Part shown: piece by piece, positions 31,646-42,049 of the stretch
Layout of the letters: each line of letters begins with the position of its first letter
Numbering within the stretch: the first letter of the stretch is position 1
From: an uncultured Chloroflexia bacterium
Lineage (GTDB): Bacteria > Chloroflexota > Dehalococcoidia > UBA2979
DNA length: 64,000 bases
Assembly: GCA_963728205.1 (NCBI GenBank)
Contig: CAVSIV010000001.1
Location: 1-64,000 of the forward strand
Reading direction: 5' to 3'
Notes under the pieces: model-generated
Database searches by the model: none
Seen by the model: only the letters and a program-made list of their open reading frames with translations
What the model was told of the DNA's origin: nothing
Made by a program: the position numbers and the translations under genes

Positions 31646-31715
31646 CCCCGTCGCAAGCGGCGGCAGACACGCCGCCGATTCCGCCGGCGGCGCCCCGCCG
31701 CCGCTTGCGACGGGG
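31646..31715. terminator. long hairpin between the convergent MFS and egtD genes
   Basis: 19-bp perfect arms CCCCGTCGCAAGCGGCGGC / GCCGCCGCTTGCGACGGGG plus an inner GCCGCCG/CGGCGGC stem. Confidence 0.65.
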
Positions 31716-31752
31716 TGCCCGGGCGGGTAGCGCGCCCGCGGACGCTCGGAGC

Positions 31753-32772
31753 TCAGCGGCTCGGCCGCAGCAGCATCACGGCGAAGTACGCGCGCTCGTC
31801 GGTCCACGTGCACTCGGTCTGCAGGCCGGCCGACGCGGCGAGCCGGGCGAAGCGCCCCGGCGTGTACTTATAGGAGTACTCCGTGCGGACGCGCTCGGCC
31901 GGCGCGAACTCGAACCGCCGGCGGCCGATGTGCACGGTCTGGCGCTCGACGCTCTCGAGGTGCATCTCGATCCGGCTCGCCCGCGCATTGAAGAACGCAC
32001 AGTGCAGGAACCGGTCGAGCGCGAAGTCGGCGCCGAGCTCGCGGTTCGCGCGCACGAGCAGGTTGCGGTTGAAGTCGGCCGTCACCCCCTCGGCATCGTT
32101 GTAGGCGGGCTCGAGGATGTCGCGCGGCTTCGCGAGGTCGACGCCGATGAGCGCGGCGCCATCCGGTCCGCACACGCCGGTGATGCGGCGCAGGAAGCTC
32201 CACGCCTCGTGCGGCGTGAAGTTGCCAATCGTGGAGCCGGGGAAGTAGACGACGGTGCGCGCGGCGCCCTCCGGTGTCGGTGGGAGGGCGGCGTCCGCGG
32301 TGAAGTCGGCGCAGACCGGGCGCACGGCGAGGCCCGGGTAGTCGCGCACGATGCTCTCCGCCGCCGCGTCCAGGGCTGCGGACGAGATGTCGAGCGGCAC
32401 GTAGCCGGCCGGCGCATCCAGCGCGTCGAGCAGCAGGCGTGTCTTCACGCTCGCGCCGCTGCCGTACTCCACGACGCGGCACGCGGGGCCGAGCCGCGCG
32501 GCCATGTCGTCGACGTGCGTGCGCATGATCGCGAGCTCCGTGCGCGTGGGGTAGTACTCGGGGAGCGCGCAGATTGCCTCGAAGAGCTGCGAGCCGCGCT
32601 CGTCGTAGAAGTGCTTCGATGGCAGGGAGCGCGGGCGCGCGGACAGCCCGCGCAGCACGTCGGCGCGGAAGGCGTCGACGGGGGCCGCGGGTGCGAGCTG
32701 CGCGCCGAGGGGCGGCGCGGCGCGGTGGTGGCGCGGCATGGTGGCGGCGGTGTGGGCGTGGGGGGCGGTCAT
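31753..32772 (-). CDS. egtD: L-histidine N-alpha-methyltransferase
   Basis: LPSKHFYDERGSQLFEAIC.LPEYYPTRTE, EYGSG, FPGSTIGNF, AYND..GVT..FN, TEYSYKY. ATGA overlap with egtB. Confidence 0.92.
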   Translation of the reverse strand: MTAPHAHTAATMPRHHRAAPPLGAQLAPAAPVDAFRADVLRGLSARPRSLPSKHFYDERGSQLFEAICALPEYYPTRTELAIMRTHVDDMAARLGPACRVVEYGSGASVKTRLLLDALDAPAGYVPLDISSAALDAAAESIVRDYPGLAVRPVCADFTADAALPPTPEGAARTVVYFPGSTIGNFTPHEAWSFLRRITGVCGPDGAALIGVDLAKPRDILEPAYNDAEGVTADFNRNLLVRANRELGADFALDRFLHCAFFNARASRIEMHLESVERQTVHIGRRRFEFAPAERVRTEYSYKYTPGRFARLAASAGLQTECTWTDERAYFAVMLLRPSR

Positions 32773-34094
32773 GCGTCGCGCGCCAGTCGCACGCCGGCGT
32801 ACGGCCAGCGGGCCGAGGGTGGGAAGAAGTTGCGGTACGACGCGCGCACGTGGTCCCGCGGCGTCACGCACGCGCCGCCGCGCAACACCATCTGGCCCGA
32901 CATGAACTTCCCGTTGTATTCGCCGAGCGCGCCGGGCGGCGGGCGGTACCCCGGGTACGGGAGGTAGGCGCTCGACGTCCACTCCCACGCGTCGCCGAAC
33001 AGCTGCGCGGGGTGGCGCGCCGCGTGCGCCGGCGCCACGACCGGATGCAGGCGGCCGTCGTCGACGAAGTTGCCGGCGATCGGATGGCTGCGCGCGGCCA
33101 CCTCCCACTCGAACTCCGTCGGGAGCCGGGCGTCGGCCCAGCGGGCGAAGGCGTCGGCCTCGTAGTGCGACACGTGCACGACGGGCTGGTGCGGGTCGAG
33201 CGGCCGCATCCCCCCGAGCGTCATCTCCCACCACGCGCCGTCGTCGCGCTGCTCCCAGTAGAGCGGCGCGCGCCAGCCCCGCTCGCGGACGGTCGTCCAC
33301 CCGTCGGACAGCCAGAGCTCCGGGCGCTCGTAGCCGCCGTCGCCCATGAACTCCAGGTACTCGGCGTTCGTGACGAGGCGCGAGGCGAGGCGCCATGGCG
33401 CGAGGAACACCTGGTGCACGGGCCCCTCGTTGTCGAAGTGGAAGCCGGGGCCGTCGTAGCCGACCGTGTAGAGCCCCTCGTCGTACGCGCACCACTCGAG
33501 GGCGGACGCGGGTCGCTGCGACGGCGCGGCCGCTTCCTCGCGCAGCGCCGGTCGCAGCGGGTTCGTCCAGAACACGTGCTGGATGTCCATGAGCATCAGC
33601 TCCTGGTGCTGCTGCTCGTGGTGCAGGCCGGTGACCACCGCGTCGCGCACGGGGGCATCGAGGCCGCGTTCGAAGAGCTGCTCCATCTGCCGGTCGACGT
33701 GGTCGCGGAAGGCGTAGACCTCCGCGACGGTCGGGCGTGAGAGCAGGCCACGGTCGGGGCGGGGGAACTGGGGGCCGGCGAGGTTGTAGTAGGAGTTGAA
33801 GAGGTACGGGTACTCGAGGCGATACGGACGGGCGTCGGGCAGCGCGTCCTTCAGCACGAAGGTCTCGAAGAACCACGTGGTGTGGGCGAGGTGCCACTTG
33901 GTGGGGCTGACGTCGGGCATCGTCTGCACGACGTAGTCCTCGGTTGCCAGCGTGCGGCAGATGTCGGCGGAAGCGGCGCGGACGCGGCGGTAGTGGGCCT
34001 CGATGGACTCGGGGCCACCGCCCGGTGCGGGGGCCGACGCGGGGGCGGACGGCGGCGCGGCGAGGGGGCCGGCGGGGGTCGGGGCGTGCTTCAC
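32769..34094 (-). CDS. egtB: ergothioneine biosynthesis sulfoxide synthase
   Basis: SPTKWHLAHTTWFFE, HHEQQHQEL iron site, FGE-like domain, GEYNGKFM, RASYRNFF. Start approximate. Confidence 0.9.
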   Translation of the reverse strand: MKHAPTPAGPLAAPPSAPASAPAPGGGPESIEAHYRRVRAASADICRTLATEDYVVQTMPDVSPTKWHLAHTTWFFETFVLKDALPDARPYRLEYPYLFNSYYNLAGPQFPRPDRGLLSRPTVAEVYAFRDHVDRQMEQLFERGLDAPVRDAVVTGLHHEQQHQELMLMDIQHVFWTNPLRPALREEAAAPSQRPASALEWCAYDEGLYTVGYDGPGFHFDNEGPVHQVFLAPWRLASRLVTNAEYLEFMGDGGYERPELWLSDGWTTVRERGWRAPLYWEQRDDGAWWEMTLGGMRPLDPHQPVVHVSHYEADAFARWADARLPTEFEWEVAARSHPIAGNFVDDGRLHPVVAPAHAARHPAQLFGDAWEWTSSAYLPYPGYRPPPGALGEYNGKFMSGQMVLRGGACVTPRDHVRASYRNFFPPSARWPYAGVRLARDA

Positions 34095-34183
34095 GACGAT
34101 GATCCTCTGCCCGCGGATGCGGGCGGCGAGCGATGCGGGGGTGGGTGCGGCCGGGCGATGCCGGCCGCGGACGGGCCTGCCCG

Positions 34184-34639
34184 TTACCAGTGCTCGAGCA
34201 AGTCGTAGGCGAGGCCCGTCGCGGCGGCATAGACGAAGTGGTGCCAGGCGTCGATCCCGATGGCTTCGCCGCCCCACTTCCAGATGGGGGAGGAGAGGCC
34301 GAGGCGCGGCAGCATCGTGATCTCCGCGCCCCAGACGCCGCCGAAGTGCGCGAGCGTCACCCACGGCTCGCGCAGCCCGGAGGCGGCGAGCGCGCCGCGC
34401 GCGACGCCCCAGGCGACGCCGTAGCCCCAGTGGGTCAGGTTGCCGAGGCGTGCCTCGGCGTCGTCGCTCACCGGCTTGATCTCCAGCACCTGCTCGACCG
34501 CCTGCGCCGGTGCCGTGCTCGGCCCGCGGTCGCGCAGGCGCCTCTCGACCATGCTGGAAGCGGTCATCGCGGCGGTGCCGGCAATGCCGGCGACGACGCC
34601 CTTGCCGATGTCGTCGGCGATCGTGCTGGGCCTGATCAC
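34184..34639 (-). CDS. hypothetical membrane protein
   Basis: GVVAGIAGTAAMT, HWGYGVAWG, HHFVYA; several TM segments. Confidence 0.7.
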   Translation of the reverse strand: MIRPSTIADDIGKGVVAGIAGTAAMTASSMVERRLRDRGPSTAPAQAVEQVLEIKPVSDDAEARLGNLTHWGYGVAWGVARGALAASGLREPWVTLAHFGGVWGAEITMLPRLGLSSPIWKWGGEAIGIDAWHHFVYAAATGLAYDLLEHW

Positions 34640-34979
34640 GCTGGTGCTCTCTTCTCCGCGGTGGGGCGCAAGCGAACGGCGACACGGCGGGTGGGCACGC
34701 ACGCCGGGAGGGGTCGGTCTAGGCGCCGGCCATCGTGCGGTGCTCGCCCGACGGCCGCGGGAACAACCTAGCGGGGCCGGGCTTGCATTCCCGTCAACCC
34801 GCGGCCGGCCGACCTTCCATCCGGCTCGCGGAGCCGTTGCAGTGCGCTCCGCGAGGCGGGGCATCCGCCGCCGCGGCGACCCCGGGCATACCTCTCGCCG
34901 GTATGACGTGGGCCGATGCCCCGGGAAGCAGCCGCGGGGCCGCCTCTTCCGTCGTGTGCGTTGCCTGCGTCGCGTGTGG

Positions 34980-35357
34980 CTAGTGGGGGAGGTTGATCTC
35001 CTGCCCCACGTGGATCTGCGTGGGGTCCGAGATCTGCGGGTTCGCGGCGAGCAGCGCCTGCAGCGAGACGCCGTGGTCCTTCGCGATCTTCGCCATCGTG
35101 TCGCCGGCCTTCACGAAGTAGACGTTGTCCGAGGCGGTCGCGGTCGCCGTCGCCGAGCCCGCGGCAGCGGGCGTGACGGTTGCGCCGGCAGCCGGTCCCG
35201 TCGCGGTGGCGGTGGCGGTGGCGGTGCCGAAGCCGCCGTCGGACGCGCCCGGCGAGGCGTCCGCGTGGTTCCCGCTCCCGCCGCCGGCGAGGCCGTTGAG
35301 CAGCACGCCCCAGAGGACCAGGGCGAGGACGATGATGATCGCGCCGCGATACCGCAT
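34980..35357 (-). CDS. LysM peptidoglycan-binding protein
   Basis: N-terminal TM segment, Thr/Ala linker, YFVKAGDTMAKIA..LLAANPQI..IHVGQEINLP. Confidence 0.88.
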   Translation of the reverse strand: MRYRGAIIIVLALVLWGVLLNGLAGGGSGNHADASPGASDGGFGTATATATATGPAAGATVTPAAAGSATATATASDNVYFVKAGDTMAKIAKDHGVSLQALLAANPQISDPTQIHVGQEINLPH

Positions 35358-35415
35358 GCAACTACGTTATGGCCGCGTGCAAGGGCGAGGCTCCGCCACG
35401 CGGGTCGACACACCG

Positions 35416-36240
35416 CTACGCACCGCCGTCGCCCGATCCATAGCTCACCGCGAGACCGGCGCGCGCGTCCGACTGGATGCCGTACTGCGGGATCGGGTAG
35501 CGCAGTCCGTTCCGCGCGAGGCGCGTCATGCCCTCGATCGCCTTCGGCAGGTAGTGCGGGGGCAGCGCCATCAGCAGCTCGTCGTCCAGCACGCCCCCAT
35601 AGCGGCGCTCCGCGAAGCAGGGAATGGCGAGGCTGGGCTCGCCCGTGGTGAGCGCGCGGCCCCAGGAGTCGGCGCAGGCGGACTCGCCGACGACGCCCCA
35701 CTCGAACTTCGTGTAGCCGGCCCACTGCAGGCCGTTGATGAAGATGATCATCTGGCCGGGCGTCGCATAGAGCAGGCAGATGTCGGGCGGGTCGAGGCGG
35801 CCGCTCGCGAGCGGCGACACCGCCATCGCGGCATAGCGGCCGTACGGGACGACGTCCATCGCGGCCTGGTGCTTCGCGGCGTCGTCGAGGGTCTCGTACC
35901 AGACCCCGGCGTAGGACGTGCCGGAGCGCCAGCGCTCGTCCTGCGGGTGGAGGCCGATCACGGCGCCGCACTGCGCGCCGGCGAGGTCGTCGGCGGTGAT
36001 GCCGACGGTCCAGTTGAGCCGCGCCGCCTGCGCAACGATCTGATCCGTGGTGTGGACGGCGGTGGGCCGGCGGATGCGCGGGATCGCCTCCATCGCCTCC
36101 ACGCTCTCGAAGAGCTTCATGCCGATCGGCGTCGCACGCAGGCGCAGCAGGCGGTTGAGGTCGTCGACGAGGGCCGGCCAGTCGTAGGCGGGAGCGTCGG
36201 TCGTCGAGGCGTCGGGCGCGGGCGTGGTGGGGTCGGGCAT
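35416..36240 (-). CDS. DUF169 family protein
   Basis: LRLRATPIGMK, PDICLLYATPGQM, ESACADSW, PCFAERRYG. GGAGG RBS. Confidence 0.78.
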   Translation of the reverse strand: MPDPTTPAPDASTTDAPAYDWPALVDDLNRLLRLRATPIGMKLFESVEAMEAIPRIRRPTAVHTTDQIVAQAARLNWTVGITADDLAGAQCGAVIGLHPQDERWRSGTSYAGVWYETLDDAAKHQAAMDVVPYGRYAAMAVSPLASGRLDPPDICLLYATPGQMIIFINGLQWAGYTKFEWGVVGESACADSWGRALTTGEPSLAIPCFAERRYGGVLDDELLMALPPHYLPKAIEGMTRLARNGLRYPIPQYGIQSDARAGLAVSYGSGDGGA

Positions 36241-36490
36241 GGGGCTCCTCCGGGGCGTGCGCGCGGAAGGATACGCCTCGCGCTGAGTAGCGCCGGCCGC
36301 GGACCGCGTCGGCGCGCGGTCGGCGCGGGCGCGGCCGAGGAGGTGTGGCGGGGGAGCGGCCGACGACCGTGCCTGCGCCGCGCCACCGGAAACAGCGGGC
36401 ATCATGCCCCCTGCTCGTCGCGGCGCGCGTAACCCGCGCCGCCGATACCATCGGCCGCGCGCCCACGGCTCGGCAGGGAAGGTTCGCTCG

Positions 36491-37945
36491 ATGGCCCCGC
36501 AGACGGCCGCGCACCCGCTCGACCTCCTCTTTCACCCGCGCTCCATCGCCTACGTCGGCGTGTCGCGCAACCCGGGTCGCGCCCAGGGTCCGAACTTCCT
36601 CTACGGGCTCACGAAGCGCGGCTTCCATGAGCGCAAGCCGCTCTACCTCGTGAACCCCAACGCGACCGAGATCGAGGGCATCCGCTGCTACCCGTCGCTC
36701 GCCGCGACGCCCGATCCCGTCGATCACGTGATCTGCTCGGTACCGGCCCGCTTCGCGATGGACGTCGTCGAGCAGGCGGCGGCGAAGCACGTGCGTTCGA
36801 TCCACTTCTTCACGGCCGGCTTCGAGGAGAGCGGCGACCCGCGCCAGGCGACGCTCGAGCGCGCGCTGGTCGCGCGCGCCGTCGATGCCGGCATCCGCGT
36901 CGTGGGCCCCAACTGCCTCGGCATCTACGTGCCATCCGAGCGCATCTCGTTCGCGCCGGACTTTCCCGAGGAGAGTGGCGACGTCTTCATCGTGTCGCAG
37001 TCGGGCGGCAACGCGCTCGAGCTTGTGCAGGGGCTGGGCGCGCGCGGCGTCTTCTGCTCGGGCGCGGTGTCGTTCGGGAACGGTCGCGACGTAGCGGCTC
37101 CGGAGCTGCTCGACTACGCGGCGCAGGACCCGGCGACGCAGGTCGTGGTCGCGTACCTCGAGGGCGCCGGCACCGGCCGCGCGCTGCTCGAGGCGCTGCG
37201 GCGGTGCGCCCGCGTGAAGCCCACCCTGGTGCTCAAGGGCGGCATGTCCGCGGGCGGCGCGGCGGCGGCGAGCTCGCACACGGCGTCGCTCGCCGGCTCG
37301 GCGCAGATCTTCGAGGCGCTGTGCCGGCAGGTCGGCGCGATGCGCGCCGACACGATCGAGGAGGCGCTCGACCTGGTGGTTGCCGTGCGCACGTCGCTGC
37401 GCGGCGTGCGGGGCTCGCGGGCGATCATGCTCGCGTCGGGCGGTGGCTACTCGGTGCTCTCGGCCGACGCGGTCGCACGCCACGGCATGACGCTGCCGGC
37501 GCTCTCGCCGAAGACGCAGGCGGCGCTGCGCGCGCACGTGCCGGCCGCCGGCAACAGCGTGCGCAACCCGATCGACGCGAGTTTCCTCGACGACCGCGAG
37601 GGCGCCTGGCCCGACATCATCGACATCGTGGGCCGCGCCGGCCGCGCGGGCGAGGCGGACGTCGTGCTGCTGACGTCGGCGCTGGGCAGCCCGGCGGGCG
37701 AGCACGGCGAGCCGACGCAGCGCGACGGCGAGATGGTGGCGCGCATCGAGCGCATGCAGCGCGGCGGGGTGCCGATGGTGTGCGTCGAGCGGGGGTGGAA
37801 CTCGCAGCCGTCGTCGCGGCAGGTCCAGCGCCTGGCGCAGGAGCACGGCATCGCGATCCTGCCGAGCATGGCGCGCGCGGCGCGGACCGTGGAGCTGCTG
37901 CTGCGCTGGCGCGCGCAGCGCGAGGGCCTGCCCGCGATCCTCTAG
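36491..37945 (+). CDS. acyl-CoA ligase (ADP-forming) alpha-type, CoA-binding protein
   Basis: LFHPRSIAYVG, VVGPNCLG, SQSGG, SSHTASLAG phospho-His, NPID. No ATP-grasp domain. Confidence 0.85.
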   Translation: MAPQTAAHPLDLLFHPRSIAYVGVSRNPGRAQGPNFLYGLTKRGFHERKPLYLVNPNATEIEGIRCYPSLAATPDPVDHVICSVPARFAMDVVEQAAAKHVRSIHFFTAGFEESGDPRQATLERALVARAVDAGIRVVGPNCLGIYVPSERISFAPDFPEESGDVFIVSQSGGNALELVQGLGARGVFCSGAVSFGNGRDVAAPELLDYAAQDPATQVVVAYLEGAGTGRALLEALRRCARVKPTLVLKGGMSAGGAAAASSHTASLAGSAQIFEALCRQVGAMRADTIEEALDLVVAVRTSLRGVRGSRAIMLASGGGYSVLSADAVARHGMTLPALSPKTQAALRAHVPAAGNSVRNPIDASFLDDREGAWPDIIDIVGRAGRAGEADVVLLTSALGSPAGEHGEPTQRDGEMVARIERMQRGGVPMVCVERGWNSQPSSRQVQRLAQEHGIAILPSMARAARTVELLLRWRAQREGLPAIL

Positions 37946-37960
37946 CGGCGCCCGGTCTGC

Positions 37961-38503
37961 CTAGACCGGCTCCAGCGGATGGTGGCGGCCGTCCGGCAGC
38001 TCGACGCGGATCGCGTCGCCGGCGTGCACCTCGCCGCCGACCGCGACGATGCCCATGATCCCCGCCTTGCGGACGAGGTTGCCGTCCGCGTCGTGGTCGA
38101 GGGTCGCCTCCATCAGGCCGGGCTGAATGCCGTCGAGCTGAGTGCAGGGGTTGCGCAGGCCGGTGACCTCGACGACGGCGCGGGCGCCGATGTGGAGCAG
38201 CGTGCTGCGCGGCAGCGCGAGCAGGTCGAGGCCGCGGGTGGTGATGTTCTCGCCCATCTGGCCCGGCGCGAGGTCGAAGCCGGCGGCGCGCAGCTCGTCG
38301 TGCAGCTCGGCATGGATGAGGTGGACCTGGCGGAGGTTCGGCGGCAGCGGACGCTGGTTGAGGCGCGAGCGGTGCTGCACCGACGCGCCGGCGTGCGCGT
38401 CGCCGGCGACGCCGAGGCCGGCGACGAGGCGGATGCTCGGCTCGCCCGCCTTCGCCATCGTGTGGGTGGCGCTGCGGCTGACGGCGACGACGGTTCCATC
38501 CAT
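37961..38503 (-). CDS. MOSC domain protein
   Basis: GVAGDAHAG, RQVHLI, GENITTRG, LRNPCTQL. Confidence 0.88.
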   Translation of the reverse strand: MDGTVVAVSRSATHTMAKAGEPSIRLVAGLGVAGDAHAGASVQHRSRLNQRPLPPNLRQVHLIHAELHDELRAAGFDLAPGQMGENITTRGLDLLALPRSTLLHIGARAVVEVTGLRNPCTQLDGIQPGLMEATLDHDADGNLVRKAGIMGIVAVGGEVHAGDAIRVELPDGRHHPLEPV

Positions 38504-38542
38504 GGGGGCGCTCCTCTGGCGAGAGGATCGTACGCGAGATTC

Positions 38543-41425
38543 TCAGCGGGCGCGGATCCGGCGGACGGGGGCTGGAGGCGCCGCGGCCGGCGCCTCGGTG
38601 CCGGCAAGGCGCTGCGGCACCGCGGTGCGGGACCGCACGTCGAGCTTCGCCAGAATGCGGTGCACGTGCGTCGTCACGGTGCGCCGGCTGATGCGGAGGC
38701 GGGCGGCGATCTCCGCGTCGCTCAGCCCCTCGGCGATCAGCCGCGCGACCTGCCGCTCCCGCGCGGTGAGGCTCGACGTCGCGGGCTTGCGGCTCGACGG
38801 TCGGTGGCCGAGCCGTCCCAGCAGTTCGCGGACTTCGTCGCCACGCACGCGCGCGCCCATCGCGTCGAAGAGCGCGAACGCGGGGCTCAGCGCGGACACG
38901 GCGAGATCGGCATCGCCCGCCTGGATCGCGTAGGTGCCGGCCCACTGCAGTGCGCCCGCCTCGCGCCAGCGGTAGTCGAGCCGGTCGAACGCCGTCGCCG
39001 CCTCCAGCGCCAGTCGCGCGGCCGCCGCGGACTCGCCGTGCGCTCCGGCGTAGAACGCCCGTGCCAAGACGATCTGCGCGTCGACGACGGGCATCCCGCT
39101 GCTGCGCTGCCGGGCTGCTTCCAGGGCTGCGATCGCGTCCTTGAGGGTGGCGGCCTCACCGAGCACCGCGGCGGCCTCCGCCTCGCGTGGGAGGATGTCC
39201 ACGATCAGCAGGCGATCCCAGCCCGGGATCTGTGACAGCAGCTGGTGCGTGCTGCGGATCGTCTCCGCCGCGCGGGCCGGGTTGCCGTTCAGCATCTCGT
39301 GCTCGTAGCGCGCGACATAATCGGAGACGAAGACCGCGGGCCCACCGAAGTCCTCGTGCGTGCGGTACGTCTGGTCCACGCCGGCGTCGAGCGAGTCGGC
39401 GCTGCCCTGCAGCGCGTGCAGGAGGTGCAGCGTGGCGCGCGACCGGCGGAGCGCGCGGATGCGGTGCAGGCTCGCGTCGATGTGCATCGTGGATAGCGCG
39501 ATCTGCTCCGCGCGCCGCCACTCGCCGATCTCGATGTAGGCGGTGGTGAGCCGGGCGCCGGTGCCGGAGAGCGTGGGGTAGTCGTCGCGGTCCTCCGCGT
39601 GGCGCAGCGCGCGCTCCATCCAGCGCACACCGCGCGTGATCGGGCCGGTGTCACAGAGCGCGTTGCCGATCGTGCCGGCCGCATAGGCGATCGCGTGCAT
39701 GCTGCCGGAGCGCGAGGCGAGGCGGCCGGCGCGGCGGGCGACCTCGAGGGCCTGCTTCGGCTGCGCCGCGATGAGGCGGCGGATCGCCATGCTGAGCTGC
39801 GCCTCCGCGCCGAGCGCGGGGTCGTCGATGCCCTCCGCGACCCGCGCGGCGTCGCGCGCCGCCCGCTCGGCCTCACGCGGGCGGCCGAGCATCTGCAGCG
39901 CCCACGCGGAGTCGAGCAGCGCCTGGACGCGCGGCCGGTTGGGGACCGACTCGTCCGCGAGCAGCGTGCGGTAGAGCGCGAGCGCCTGCTCCTCGCGGCC
40001 GAGCGCGACATGGTCACGCGCGCGACGGATCAGCGCGGCGTCGTAGTCGCCGCCCAGGCTTTCCAGCACCTCGCGCGCGTTCTGCCACGATCCGCTGCGC
40101 GACAGCGTCTCCGCGAGTAGCACCGACGCGTCCGGCGGCACGTCCTGCTGCTGCTGCCGGAGTCGTTCGATCAGCGTGTGGAGGAGATCGCCCGCGGTCG
40201 CATAGCGACTGTGATCGATCAGTTCGCGCGCGGCCTTGAGCACGCACTCCACGCGCGCGGCGCCGAGCGGCTGGTCCGCGCGCAGGTAGTGGCGGGCGCG
40301 CCAGGTGGAGTCCTGGAGCGTGGCGTCCTCGCTCCCGGCTTCGATCTCCCCGGCGATCCGTGCGACCAGCCGCCGTCGCTCGAGGCCGGGCACTTCGCGG
40401 GCCAGCGCGTGCGCCGCGAGCGGATCGCTGAAGAACATGCGGATGGGGCCGTCGGCGTCGACGCTGGTCAGGGTGCCGGCGGTCTCCAGCGCGATCGCGG
40501 TCTCCTCGACGCGCGCGCGCGGCTGATCCGTGAGACGCGCAATCGTCTCGACGGTGGCGGGCGCGTCCCACACCGCGAGCGCGTGCGCGAACCCGCGTTC
40601 GAGCGGGGCGAGCGCGCGCACCGTGCGCAAGAGCTCGTCGGCCACCGCCGCCGGGGCGGGCAGCGCGTCGAGCGAGCGGCTGCCGGAGAGCATCTCGGCG
40701 CGTGCAATGGGCGTCAGCGCGAGCACCTGTCGCACCAGGTCGACCAGGCGCGCGGGGTTGCCGCGGCTGCGCTGCACCGCGTCCCGCGCGAAGCGCGCCG
40801 TCGCCGTGCCCGGCTCCGTCATCGTCTCGATCAGCGCGAGCGCTTCCTCCGCGGAGAGCCCGCCGAGCGTGATCCGCGTCGCGCCGCCGAGGGTCTCGAA
40901 CTTCCGGATCAGCTCGTCGGCGGCGGGGGCGCCGGGGCGCGCGGTGAGCAGCAGGAACCGGCGCTCGCCGCGATTCGCCAGCACGAGCTCATGGACGAGG
41001 GCGAGATCGGTGGGGTGGTACGCGTGCACGTCCTCGAAGCAGATCGCCGTCGGACGCCCGGCCCGATCGAGCTGGGTGAGCCGCGCCTCGATCGCGCGGA
41101 TCAGCGGGGGGCCGTCGAGGTTCCCGCCGTCCGACACCTGCAGGTCGGCGGCGAGTCGCGACGCCACGAACCAGGGCAGCTCCAGGCTGTAGCCGAGCAC
41201 GCAGTGGGTCGTCCACGTGTCGCGCCGCGCATGCGCGAGCGCGGCGCGGGTGAGGACGGTCTTGCCCGCGCCCTCGACGCCGTCGATGGCAATCGTGATG
41301 TTGCGCCCCGAGGCGGCCAGCGTGCGCAGGTCGTCGACGCGCCGCAACTCCGCCATGCGGACCATGCGCGCCGGCGCTCCTTGCTCGTCGCGCGCCTGGA
41401 GAGGCGCGTGTGTTCGAACGACCAT
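38543..41425 (-). CDS. large LuxR-family regulator (AAA/STAND ATPase - helical repeats - HTH)
   Basis: Walker A GVEGAGKT, Walker B ICFED, SRGNP, C-terminal [28 protein letters not shown]. Confidence 0.85.
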   Translation of the reverse strand: MVVRTHAPLQARDEQGAPARMVRMAELRRVDDLRTLAASGRNITIAIDGVEGAGKTVLTRAALAHARRDTWTTHCVLGYSLELPWFVASRLAADLQVSDGGNLDGPPLIRAIEARLTQLDRAGRPTAICFEDVHAYHPTDLALVHELVLANRGERRFLLLTARPGAPAADELIRKFETLGGATRITLGGLSAEEALALIETMTEPGTATARFARDAVQRSRGNPARLVDLVRQVLALTPIARAEMLSGSRSLDALPAPAAVADELLRTVRALAPLERGFAHALAVWDAPATVETIARLTDQPRARVEETAIALETAGTLTSVDADGPIRMFFSDPLAAHALAREVPGLERRRLVARIAGEIEAGSEDATLQDSTWRARHYLRADQPLGAARVECVLKAARELIDHSRYATAGDLLHTLIERLRQQQQDVPPDASVLLAETLSRSGSWQNAREVLESLGGDYDAALIRRARDHVALGREEQALALYRTLLADESVPNRPRVQALLDSAWALQMLGRPREAERAARDAARVAEGIDDPALGAEAQLSMAIRRLIAAQPKQALEVARRAGRLASRSGSMHAIAYAAGTIGNALCDTGPITRGVRWMERALRHAEDRDDYPTLSGTGARLTTAYIEIGEWRRAEQIALSTMHIDASLHRIRALRRSRATLHLLHALQGSADSLDAGVDQTYRTHEDFGGPAVFVSDYVARYEHEMLNGNPARAAETIRSTHQLLSQIPGWDRLLIVDILPREAEAAAVLGEAATLKDAIAALEAARQRSSGMPVVDAQIVLARAFYAGAHGESAAAARLALEAATAFDRLDYRWREAGALQWAGTYAIQAGDADLAVSALSPAFALFDAMGARVRGDEVRELLGRLGHRPSSRKPATSSLTARERQVARLIAEGLSDAEIAARLRISRRTVTTHVHRILAKLDVRSRTAVPQRLAGTEAPAAAPPAPVRRIRAR

Positions 41426-41465
41426 GGGAGCCTCCGATGCGAGCGCGCCCGAGCGCTACGCAATA

Positions 41466-41593
41466 GTACGTACGGAGGCAATCCCCGCGGAGAAGCTCCC
41501 GGCAGGCCGTGCGCGGATGTCCGGATTCCGGCCCCCGAGCGTGCGCATCGCACGCTCGTACGTACAGGGCCGAGCTGTACGTGCCGTACGTAT
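41466..41593. promoter_or_regulatory. candidate operator region with GTACGTAC boxes between divergent regulators
   Basis: GTACGTAC at 41466 and 41558, GTACGTGC at 41577, GTACGTAT at 41586; 10-bp inverted repeat at 41536-41558. Confidence 0.5.
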
Positions 41594-41653
41594 TCCAACG
41601 CCCGGGACCCGTCGATAGCTTCCCTCCGATTCCATCGGTGATAGGAGGGGACC

Positions 41654-41932
41654 ATGTCACTGCATCAGCGACGTGGATCGCGCGTGTTCCGAAGCGAGCT
41701 CGGTGCCTGGCTGCGGAGCTCGCGGCAGCAGCGCGGGCTGTCCCAGGAGCAGCTCGCGTGGGAGGCCGACATCACCCAGGCGTCGGTCTCGAACTACGAG
41801 GCCGGGCGGCACGAGATCCCGGTGTCCATCTTCGTCGCGCTCTGTCGGGCGCTCGGCATGGACCCGGGCGAGCTGCTGCGCATCCTGACCGACCGCTCCG
41901 GCCGGCCCGTCGACGAGGCGATTCCATTTTGA
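41654..41932 (+). CDS. XRE-family helix-turn-helix transcriptional regulator
   Basis: LRSSRQQRGLSQEQLA..ITQASVSNYEAG. AGGAGG RBS. Confidence 0.9.
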   Translation: MSLHQRRGSRVFRSELGAWLRSSRQQRGLSQEQLAWEADITQASVSNYEAGRHEIPVSIFVALCRALGMDPGELLRILTDRSGRPVDEAIPF

Positions 41933-42017
41933 GCGCAGGCGTGCGCGGGTCCGTCCTGAGCGCAGGCGTGCGCGGGTCCGCACTGAGCGCAGGCGTGCGC
42001 GGGTCCGCACTGAGCGC
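41930..42017. repeat. 27-bp tandem repeat, about 3.3 copies
   Basis: TGAGCGCAGGCGTGCGCGGGTCCG(TCC/CAC) at 41930, 41957, 41984, partial copy at 42011. Confidence 0.9.
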
Positions 42018-42049
42018 CGCCGCGCGCGCCGCGCGCGGGTGCTGGAGTG

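Noticed and set aside
32769-34094. Selenoneine (senA) cluster
   Set aside because: No senB glycosyltransferase or selD/senC gene is adjacent. Pairing with egtD fits ergothioneine.
41930-42017. 27-bp repeat as a mini-CRISPR
   Set aside because: Head-to-tail units with no spacers.
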